The position numbers were made by a program, and so were the translations under genes. Shown one piece after another: positions 53,301 to 64,000 of a DNA stretch of 64,000 bases. This DNA is from Bugula neritina (taxonomy: Eukaryota; Animalia; Bryozoa), in assembly GCA_964035545.1 (NCBI GenBank), contig OZ037766.1, positions 5,818,722-5,882,721 on the forward strand, given 5' to 3'. Position 1 is the stretch's first letter. Every line of letters starts with the position of its first letter. Under the pieces are notes generated by a model, which was given only the letters and a program-made list of their open reading frames with translations, did not search any database and was not told where the DNA came from.

Positions 53301-56300
53301 ATTAAGGTAAGTGGTAATTTCAACTATTAGTCTATATATCATATCTCTCCCTTCTGTATCCAATAAAGGGACTGTGAGAAGTTAAAGATCTCAAATCTAT
53401 AAATTCTCCATTTTCTTAGCAGTTCTAGTCAATAGATAGCCAGCTGTTTTAAAAACATGCAAATCATCTGAGAAATTAATTCATATTGTGTAGCCTTTAA
53501 AAAACAACTTGCATTTGTTTGACATTAACAAGCTAAGATATGCCCAGTTTCTGTAAAAATAACAGGCTTGCTGCTTGTCCAATGATCAGAAGAACAAAAA
53601 GGGGTAAACTGATTGGTAGATTTATAGCTGATCCACTATTATATATCAACTAACATAAAACCTCCTCTGTTTTAGTATGAAGACAGATTACTTCCTGGTG
53701 AGGATGACCTGATATTAAACATTAACAACTATTCTGCTTATATGAATGGAGGAATTTTCCCAGAGTAAGTATCTTCTAGGGACCTTGTATCTTACTAGTT
53801 TAGTATTTACCTTGTATATACCATCAGCATTAAGAATTTGCGAGTGCATGCTTCCCAGTCTCTAACTGCATGATTAACAAGTAAAAAATTTGTAAATATT
53901 TGTATATCAAATGGTCTGTATGAAATATAAAATTTTCCTGTTAAATACTGAACATGTCATAGTGAGAAATAGTTTCTCAGTTAACTATAACAATGTTGTA
54001 TTTAACTCTGATGGATTCACTGTTCTATTTATTGTTAACCAGTTGGATTAAAAACAAACTCTGCAAGATTAGTTGAAAAACTAAACTTAAAATCAGGCAT
54101 CCTTTTGTAAACTTTAAAACAAATTCTGTTAAAGAAAATATGATCGATATATAAATATTACATAGTCTGAGTTCTACATTGGCTAATTGCAGAGAAGTTT
54201 GTATCCATGCATGCCGTATTCGATCCTGGTGCCAATCTGTGGACTTTAGTTATGGCTATGATAGATGCAGACTCTCCAAGTCCCGTGGTGAACCAGCTAA
54301 AGCCTCACGTGATAACATAGTGAGCTACATAGAGAAACCCGTCAGACAGGACGAAAAACTTAAAAATTGTTAGTGTACTGCAGTTACTATTTGTTTACAG
54401 CCTATGATCTGTTTAGTAGAATACAGGCTATTATTTGTTTAGTAGAATACAGGCTATTTTCTTCACTTTGATCAAACTGAACACTATAACAGTCATTTGC
54501 ACCATGACAGTAAGTTTTCTCTTTTGCATGAGTCATTTTGTAATTTATATTGTGTTGAGGCCATATTATATTGGACCTTATTTTAAGATATTATGTTGGA
54601 AGGCACACACTGATCATATTTAGTAAAAGGCACTTATTAATTTGCTAAGTTCATAGTAAAAAGATTGCGTTTTATAACAATTTTTTAAGTTCGAATTTCA
54701 CGTGAAAGGTACCATATTATTTGTATTTCATGGCTAATAATGAGCCTATCACTGATTCTTCTTTCGCAGACACTAGTGCCGTGAGTTACTTCCACTTGGC
54801 ACTAAAGATGCTGGCTGTAGGGGATTACGAGAAGTCTCTCTCACTGATGCAGATAGTTCTAAGCGCTGATAAGTGGAACAGGATGAACTATTGGGGCGTG
54901 GCTGTGCTCTCTATATTGGTGAGTAGTGCAGTGCATTGTGGGATATTATTACAATACCTTGTATTATATATCATACAAAGTGTAAAAATTGCCTTATGAA
55001 AAGTTAGATATCAAGCTAACTAAGGTGTTTTCTCTTTTGGGAGATAGCATACAGCTAAAGAAATTTGTTTTTTTAAATACCTTTCTACCCTCGGTTTTAC
55101 CGCATTATAATAATTATATGCTATATTATATGCTGTATTACACATGTATAGGCCTACAGTGCAGGCTGTTGTGTTACGTCAATAAATATTATAATGTATT
55201 TCACGTTGCTACATTGTTGCGATAAAATTTAATAGAATCTTAAAGCTTTATTTATCTACGCTCTTCTATTAGTAAATTGAGGTTCATCTTACTTAAACTC
55301 TAATCTTGTATCAAATAAGCATAGACTATATCGCTGTAGTTTCTTCAGAATCATAACACCAACTTTAAAACTCAATCATTTATGTTTATACGAACCTGAG
55401 AATTTATTTAGAGTAAACTAATAAACTGATTCGTTATTAGTTTGAGTATTAATGGTTCTGTATTTAGTATAAGTGTATTCAGAAGAAATACTGCATGCAT
55501 TTATGTTTCTCAGTTATGATTACCAAATTTACCTGCAGAGTGGAAGACCTGTGTCTGAAGCTAAGAATGTTATGGACAGCATTCCTTCTGAAATGGAGCT
55601 GCCAACTGACATGTCTCCAACTGAAATGCAATATTTTGCTAGCTTAGAAACAGCCCTTGGAACTTCAGGATCTGAATTAAATGCTCTTGCTGTTGCATAC
55701 AAGGTAAATATTATAACAGATACAAGGTAAATATTATAATAAATACAAGGTAAATATTATAACAAATAAAATTAGGTAATGATTGCTATATAATTTGATT
55801 TATTAAAATGTATCATAGTGTTGGTTGACAAATCACAAATTCAACAGAATGTAATATCTCGTAGTTATACTTATTTCATAGCATTAAATTTTGAACAATC
55901 AAGCTATGATGTGGTAAACTTAGACTGGTTTACTTCTAGAATCTAGTACTTATAAGTACACGTTAATATTTATAGTTTTTAGCTGTTTTTCACAGTTAAC
56001 AAGCTAATATGTATATGTAGTTTCTTGCATTAAATTGATTAGGTGTTAACAATTGCAGCTGAATAATCATGGCTTTTTTTAATTCTGCATGATTTCTATG
56101 TTTTTTTTAATATTTTGATAAATTTTGGTGTGTGGACTGTAGTGAAAAAACATATTATAATATTATATATTATATAAAAAGGCGTCATGGTCAGCCCACC
56201 TAAATTTACTAAAATAGTAAGAAAAAGACCATAAAAATTAGGCAGAATTGAAAAAAGCCTTGATTATCAAGTTGTATTTGTGAATACTTTATCAGAGCAA

Positions 56301-59300
56301 TGCAAGAAACTATATATACATTAGCTTGTAAACTGTGAAAATAGCTAGAGACTATAAATATATAATGTGTACTAAATTAAGTAACATGACCCATATTCAA
56401 TAGACACTGATGTAAGGAGATAGACTGAGTTTTTACCTGTAAACTCAAACTTAGATGACACTGTAAAAGTTAAATGAATTTGAGCTAGGTATGTGAAAAT
56501 TGCGTTATGACACTTAAAAGATTGTGAGGATATAACAACCCTATCAGCATACCCGTAGAAGCTCTAAATTCTCGGATACTGAGTTAAAACATGTATTTAA
56601 ACTGGTATTTTATGCACAAAGACTTAGCAATCATGTTAGCTATGGTTCCATTCAATGTTGGGCCATTAACTGTTGAAATAGGAAGACAGAATGATAATAG
56701 ACTTATTCAAGTGGAATGTCAAATATCATACTATTGAATAGGTTACTGTTTCACAACATAATCAGCAAGAACTGCCCAAGCACCTTAACTGTGCAAGCAT
56801 AAGATTGGTGTTACCTTATGTAAAGTAGTACTAGTGCAGGTTCAACATATCTTGTTAAACCTACTGGTAGATAGTTCCACTGCCATATGCTCCTTGCAGT
56901 TGTGCTACATATCTTAAATACTTACAGCTTTCCTATTTACATGATGGGGTCCGATAAAATAGAACAGATATGTTGATGATTTGTGAGGGTGGTACTATAA
57001 AACATTTTCATACCTGCCAACTTTTAAAATAATTTTTTGTTTCCGTACTAAACATTTATAACAGCAACATTATTCTCTGTTGATCAATATGCGGTGCTGT
57101 TTAGTGAAGACAACTCCTCTTTATTTAACGCATTATTTTATTTAATAAATGTATTCATTTTCCTTGCCATCAGGATATATATGATGCCAGCTCTGCACCC
57201 AAAGATGTCTTAGCAGGAGTTATTGCTGCCAAATCATTTGAACTCTCTAACGATGACGACAGCTTCAAGTCACTAGTAAAAGAAATGGTGGCGAATGACC
57301 CATCGAATATATACGTAAGTAAAAACACCATGATTTTTATCTAAAGACCCCTGACACACTCTATTTATACAGTATATATTAAAATCTTCACTTATATCTT
57401 AGCTACCACAGCTAGCTAACTTGAAATTTCAAAGTTAAAATTTTCAAGCTAGCTATGCGTTACAGCAGTAACTACTATCAGCTTCATGTAGACCTATTTG
57501 CACAAAATTTATTATTAAAAAAGTTGTTTGAGCACACAACCCTGAAACAGCATTTAGGTGATAGCTAAAATATATTTGATTGTTTAAACATTGCACGAAG
57601 TGTGGGAGAAGTTTTAATACTAAATGGGATCCAGACCAGCAAATTTGTTTGATACATGCCTCAATATATTACGTATTATAGTTTAATTGTTATTTAAAGT
57701 TCATAAGTTCAAAGAAGTTATGTAAGAATCTTATTGCTTAAGTTACTTTCTAATTTTACTATTTTGTATCAATTCTATTTTGTATTCTGCTGTAATATTG
57801 ATCAGAACTTTGCTGTTTCTAAGAAGACTCTTTGGTTTCTATTTCAGACTCTCTTCCTTTACCTTGAAGTGTTCACAGAGAATATGGATATCCTTCTAGA
57901 ACAAGACAAGGAGATGGTGATGGAATCAATTGACAATCTTCTAAAAGCTGACAGCAAAAACATCAAGGCATATATGATTGCTGCCAAAGTGTATAAATAC
58001 TACCAGATGTGAGTTATCATAAGCATTATGAGATATAATTTGTCACTTTGAGGACTACTCAGGTGAGTTTATAGTTGCCATCCCTATGAGAACTGCTGAC
58101 GGTAAGAAGATTTTTAAGCAGGCCAAAAAGCACTTATTTTCTGTTGTGGCTAAGGAGTAATTATGACTGAATGCCCTCCTACACCACTAATGGCCTTTAC
58201 TGGGATTCGAACCACTGACCTCATGTTTACTAAGCCAGTGCTTCTTCAACCACTAGAACACAGCTGCTGCACACTTTGAGTAGACTTCTACTGATGATTG
58301 TAAACTCCTATCATGTATATATTATACTGAATATTAGTTACAGTAGGCCTATACAGGTTGCATATAAACAAAATATACCCTATATATACTGTATATATAC
58401 TGTATAGTTATACAGTATATACATTATAATATATACATGATACACTGCATAATATACTGCATTGCATACTGCATCATATACTGCATTATATACTGCATCA
58501 TATACTGCATAAACACAACATATAAAGTATATATACTGCATATACACCGCATATACACAGTAGCCTATATACTGTGTCTATATACACAGTATATACAGTA
58601 TGCATACAGAATTTATGCAATATATTATGCAGTGTATAGCCTACTGTGTATATTATACTATATATATACTGAATATACTATATATACTGTATATACTGAA
58701 CATATTTTACTATATAACACGCTATTTATATATATATTTAGGCCAGAGAAAGTTCTGGAGCTCTTTGATGAAGTTATCCGAGAGAACTACATATCTGATG
58801 CAGTAGATAATGAATACATATCTGAAGACATGGGAGCAGACTTACTTATGGAGTTGTATATCTTGGCTCACACTAGTCACTTATATGTAAGTTGTTCTCT
58901 CAATATACTCATTACTTGCTGTCCTAAGTGATAGTGTACCTAGGAGATATGCATAGAATCTTACAACTTACCAACTTTGTATAATTATTATGCATGTGGT
59001 GCTATATTACATTTATTACTATATGTCATTATAGTATGTTATGATGGTGTATTTTATAATATAAATATAAACTAGCTTATAAATATATGATTTAAATAAA
59101 TTTATCTTCACGTAGGTATACTTTTATGATAAAAATTATTCTTCTGCCGTTTTTAAAATTGTCAGTTTTTAATATTCAAGCTGTTTCAAAATTTCTTGAA
59201 AATGCTCTATGACACGTTCTTAAAACTTAGTTTTCACAAAAAGCTTTGATGACATTATAGGTTATTTTTAGCTACCTTTAAGAGTTATATTCACAGATAA

Positions 59301-62300
59301 TACGGTATGTTGTATAATATAATATATAAATAATGTTTCTATTTGACTTCATTAGAGGTTCAACATAGTGGCAGCTGAAGAGCTCGAGCAGAAGGTAGAT
59401 GATGCCAGTGGGTTCAGATTTGAGATCTTATCATACATCATGAAAGCTAAGCGCTTCTTTGAAACTTCTACATTGGTGATGCCTGATCAAGTAAGTATAC
59501 TGTATATTTATAATATGTATATTGTATATTTATAGTATGTATACTGTATTTTTATATTATGTATACTGTATTTTTATATTATGTATACTGCATATCTACA
59601 GTAGGCTATATATTATATATATGGTATCTTGTGTATATTATATATATAATATATTATAATCTATATTATGCATCCTATATATTCACATTTTGTATGCTGC
59701 ATAGTTATAGCATGCATAATACATGCTATAACTACCCTCAATATTTGAATAAATTGTACATAATATATTACCATAATTCTTCATATTGTGCACCATATAC
59801 CTGCATATTACTATAACCTTCCACATTATACACTATGTACATATATATTACTATATTATACTTCCGCATTATACTCTATGTGCATATATTATATATTACT
59901 ATATACTTCTGCATTATACACTAAGTACGTATATATATATTACTATATACTTCTGCATTATACACTAAGTACATATAATATATGTACTTAGTGTATATCT
60001 AATGCAAAAATATATTATAGTAATATATAAAACATTTACATAGAGTATAATGCAGAAGAATAAAGTAATTTATATGCACAGAGTGTATAATGTGGAAGTA
60101 TATAATAATATATATATAATATATATTAATATATAATATATTAATATATATATTATATATATATTATTATATACTTTTGCATTGTACACTGTAGATATCT
60201 CTGGACAACTTCGAATCTGTAGTGCAGATCAACACAGTAGATGATGAGCATTACACAGTTGCTAGGATAGCTCAGTATATGTACCAACAAGCTATAGTCA
60301 CCCATCAACTACGTACCAGTGGTGACGGAGATCTCACTGATTATAATTTGGTAATTGTTCTCTCTTGCTGGCGTGCATCACTAATAATCTTCTAGCTGCA
60401 TCTGGGTGATAGAATGTGACCTTGATGTCACTGGCTAAACAGTTTGCTACTTTGTCAAGTGGTATCACTAGGGAGCAGTTTTAAGGGGTGTCACTAGTGG
60501 GGTACAGGTATCATTAGGGGTTGATATTACATATAATTTTTAATTTACATTTATCTTTTTCAGGTATTCTAAAATTAGATCTTTTAGACATAAATGTGCA
60601 TATTTTGACCAAACTACATATAATAAGATGTATGTTCCTGTTGACTTCAAAATAATAATATTTTAACACTTTATGAAAAAATAAATATTGATTTTAAATT
60701 ACTTTTTACTTTGCGGATGTCAAAAATTGTGTAGCAACGTGAATATTATAATATTTATTTACAATCATAAAGAAATTAAACCAGGCTTTACACATTGAAG
60801 TGGCTCTACTATACATTTACTTAAAATTCAGAATATTATCTTCCTACATTATTGTAGATATGTTTACTCCATTTAGAAAAAACATAAATTTTTGTGTTAA
60901 AGAATTAGAAAAAGAATCTGGTGTATGTAACATAAATGGTCAGTTGAAGTTGGTAAACACTTTCTGCTGTATGGAAGTTGTGTGCCCTAATCACAGAATC
61001 TAATTTTATCCATTATCTACAGGTGATTGGCAACTGGAAAAAGCTAAGAGATAATTCTACTAAATTTAATAAAGACTATACAGCTGTGGTTAGCTACAAC
61101 ATCTTCCTTCTCAACGTGGAAAAAGCTCTGTAAGTTTTATGCTGGCACATGAAGCCTTATGAGTCATAGATTTCTTTATAATATTATGCAGTAGTTAAAA
61201 CCAATAGCTCATTATAAACATTAATAAGATAAATGTAATTAGAAAGCATTAAAACATATTACTGTGTATAATTTAGAATATCTGGGAATATGAATTAGTA
61301 TTAAAATTACCATTTATTACTTAAATGATATTCATTATTGAAATCATGGATGGATTGGTTGCTATACGTCTTACATATTTATTGTGTGTTAAATATTCTA
61401 GAGCATCTATTGATGACTCTACACAAGAAAAGCTGTTTGGTAAGAATGGTGAATTCAATATGGCCGCTCAGCTGGATGTAGAATATACAGACTACCAGGT
61501 CTTGGGCCTGCCTGAGATGATGGCTCACGCAGTATCAGTACTTTCAAGGGTTTGTAAATATCTGCTCAATAAACAGAGTTTTTGTTTTTCATACCAACTT
61601 CTCGCTTAATTTTCTAAATGAGTTAGTTAACAACTTGGTGCATGTAGTTATTCCCTTGGAACAAAACGCACTTTATTAATTGGCTAACAAATCTAGGCAC
61701 ACTTTAAACCTCGATTCATTCACACAGTCGTGGATTATGATAGGTTTTTTGGTGCAAGGTGACTCATTTTAATAAAATAGTTGTTGAATGTGTCTAATAA
61801 TGTTGTAGATCATTCCCGCGCCCCTCGGCCGTCTAACAGACGGTGTGGCTATACCCAAAGATTTGGCAGCGCTTGTAGTGCTTCTTGATGACTCATGGCC
61901 AACGCTGACTCCAACAAAGCTACAGATGAAAGCAGCCATACAGTTGGCTATAGGAAAATTGGACGACAGTAGAGCTACACTGGCTGTGGCTCAAAGTAGA
62001 TCAATTGAAGCTACTATAACATGGTAAAGTGTTAGGCTTACCAAATTGTTCATCCTAATTACACACTGTTTGTGAAACTAAATTATGCAATACTTAATTA
62101 TTACAAAGCAATGTTTTCGAGAATAAATTGTAGCATTTAATATAAGTTTATTACCTACTTTTTAAACCGATATAATATTTTAATAAATTTATAGTCAACT
62201 GCAAAGGATGTTTAGGATGATTAAACTGTGGTTATGTAAACATCTTTTCATTTTAGGATAGAGAATGCTTTGGCCAAGTTAGACTCTGTTAGTGACATGT

Positions 62301-63861
62301 TAGACTTCTACAAGCTGAGTTTGCCCAGTTTTCCACCGCCGGTCCTACTTTTCGATTCTGATGATCAGAAACTGAGAGATGGCCTTGATAAAGATTTAGA
62401 CTGGAAACCTGATGTTTCTGCCAGTTTGTATTAGAAAATGCTTCCACTGGTTCAATACCTGCATAGTAACAATTAGGATTATAAACTTGTTCTCCTCAGT
62501 TAGTGATTGGTGAAAAATGTCACATGACTAGTAAGAGCTCATTGCATGTGATACTCTTTATGTTCACCTCTGTATTCTAAATTTTCTCTGTTTATACTTC
62601 ATCATAAAATGTCTCTTCAAGAAATATTATGTAGGAGTCTAGTATATTTTCCAAAGGTGCAAAACATTAAATTAATTTAGTCATATGATGTAAAGTAACT
62701 GATGCCGTTTACACTATGATTCATTTAATCATTATTTCATCAGCAAACATTTAAAAGTTTACCTAAACGTCGAAAGTTGACCATTTTAGTTTAGCTTGCT
62801 GTTTTTATTGTCATGCATTTTAAATTGTGATACTTGATATCATCATAATTAGAAGTTTTCATCTCTATTTTCAGTGACTCCGTGTAACGTGTTTCGATAT
62901 AAAAATGTGGAAGATGACGCTGAAGCGCCGTGGACAGTCAAAAGTCAAAGTTCGCTCATTTCTGCTGAGTCAATCAGTTATTTAGCTACCAACATCGTCT
63001 CTTGCAAACAAAGGTAGTTTGTTTGCAAACTCTGTAAACACTGGAATGTTGGTTTTAAACCTAATTCAAATAAGTGCTAGGTGCTACTGCAATAAAACTC
63101 ATGCAAGTTTATTGTTACCATCTCTGTAAGACAACCCCTGATGGAAGAGGTTTTTTGTTAAATTGGGCTAAAGACTTATCTAGATAGGGCACAGAAGCAA
63201 TTATGACTAAAAGCTCTTCCTAACATCACCAATGGCCTATTTCGGGCCTCGAACCCATGACCTCCTGCTTACTAGGCAAATGCTGTAACCCCTAGACCAT
63301 GGCTGCTCCTTCTAAGTGCTACTGTGATAAAACTATAAATTTACAATGATGGCTGTTGGTCATAATTTCTAGCTAATCCATCAGTGGGTCATTTTTATGC
63401 GTTGATTCTTTATACAAGGAAATATGGTAGATGGAAAACAAGAAAAATTGCAAATCTATTTTAAAGTTCCTAAGGTACTAGAAGACTATTTAAAACACGT
63501 TGCTATAGGTTGTGTACAGCTGCCTTGAATAACATTTTAGTATAGCCTTATTATAATAGTTTTGCAACATTTAAAGTCACCAGGTCATGTCATCATCTTG
63601 TAAGCTTGGTGTGATACTGCAAAGCAATAACATAATAACCAATTATGAGTAATATTACTTTATTTTCTTTTTCTTTGCATTAAAAGTCACTTGGCTTTGC
63701 TTGCAGGTGTCTTGTGGAACAATCATTTGACTGCAAAGCCGTTACGTTTGGATTCAACCGCTGTCTGCTTCACAGCCAGACATACGAAGAAGTTGATGAA
63801 TCCAAACGGTTTGATAATATTGACGATGAACAGTATTTTGCATTACCAAGTTGCCCCACAG
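50308..63861 (+). CDS. Large secreted protein: signal peptide, PAN/Apple domain, helical TPR-like region, second PAN domain (continues past right edge)
   Basis: Exons 50308-50494, 53254-53306, 53676-53764, 54166-54368, 54770-54918, 55539-55703, 57174-57314, 57848-58008, 58742-58886, 59356-59490, 60195-60350, 61023-61129, 61402-61549, 61809-62023, 62257-62423, 62875-63013, 63707-63861, all in phase. Signal peptide MKTVLTIPLLILGLAISVQS; PAN-like CIHACRIRSWCQSVDF...CRLS and CKQRCLVEQSFDCKAVTF..NRCLLH. Confidence 0.75.
51596..51938. mobile_element. Degraded hAT (Charlie-like) non-autonomous element
   Basis: Ends ccgaggtgttcaacc...gttagacagccctg; internal GGGCCAC motifs; flanks agctaatg / gtctaatg (6/8 TSD match). 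Confidence 0.7.
53180..53235. repeat. 21-bp tandem repeat (tttccctgtctatgttttca, ~2.7 copies) just upstream of an acceptor
   Basis: Directly visible; the acceptor AG ends at 53253. Confidence 0.85.
55698..55770 (+). repeat. 23-bp tandem repeat triplicating a 5' splice site
   Basis: tacaag|gtaaatattataa with GT at 55704, 55727, 55750. Confidence 0.9.
58078..58270 (-). mobile_element. tRNA-derived SINE copy
   Basis: Minus-strand head with A-box-like tgttctagtgg and B-box ggttcgaatccc; anticodon-like loop ttagtaa; body similar to 63118-63308. Confidence 0.75.
58375..58740. repeat. TA-rich low-complexity/(atatactgc)n repeat
   Basis: Directly visible; explains the I/Y/C-rich 5' part of ORF 58437. 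Confidence 0.85.
59495..60194. repeat. TA-rich tandem plus inverted repeat filling an intron
   Basis: ~21-bp units after the donor; ~42-bp units (atacttctgcattatacacta..) in both orientations; perfect 19-bp-arm palindrome at 59959-59997. Confidence 0.85.
63118..63308 (-). mobile_element. tRNA-derived SINE copy (same family as 58078)
   Basis: Minus strand: agcagccatggtctaggggtta...gcctagtaagcaggaggtcatgggttcgaggccc, with A/B boxes and decayed stems; shared tail ccatcYct..ctgaYgg. Confidence 0.75.
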
Positions 63862-64000
63862 GTAAAAAATTATCTTTAGTTTTGTTTGTATCTACATATT
63901 GTTTGTATTTTTATTTCCTTTGTAACATACCACTAAACATTTTTCCTGTAATTTAATTTGTTATATATATATAAGTAGACAATATTTATTTACTATACAG

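Noticed and set aside
58198-58270. Functional tRNA genes at 58.2 kb and 63.25 kb
   Set aside because: Stems are degraded and both share a non-tRNA body, consistent with a SINE.
58437-59991. Tyr/Ile-rich ORFs
   Set aside because: Derived from TA-rich repeats; only the embedded exons 58742-58886 and 59356-59490 are supported.

Overview
AT-rich, intron-rich animal genomic DNA (probably an invertebrate; the taxon cannot be fixed from the sequence). All gene models below were spliced by hand with exon phases checked. The window holds eight protein-coding genes: TIMM21 (-, 3' end outside the window), PAGR1 (+), SEPTIN7 (+, four candidate N-termini and one GC-AG intron), STX17 (-), a 2-exon ankyrin-repeat gene (+), a head-to-head pair of unrecognised genes whose ATGs are 97 bp apart, and a large secreted protein (signal peptide + PAN/Apple + helical TPR-like region + PAN) that runs off the right edge. 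There are also three MITE-like elements, two copies of a tRNA-derived SINE, and several minisatellites. Two signals stand out. (1) A gapless core-promoter-like motif, CTGYAY(C)TC-A(+1)-G...GTGYTKY(+17..+23)...AGCGATT(+28..+34), occurs in sense orientation upstream of five genes. Four copies form two divergent pairs ~60 bp apart, and four are followed by 0.3-1.4 kb of 3/6-bp-periodic AT-rich DNA. (2) Tandem repeats repeatedly multiply real splice sites, most clearly 8 acceptors and 7 donors around one SEPT7 exon.
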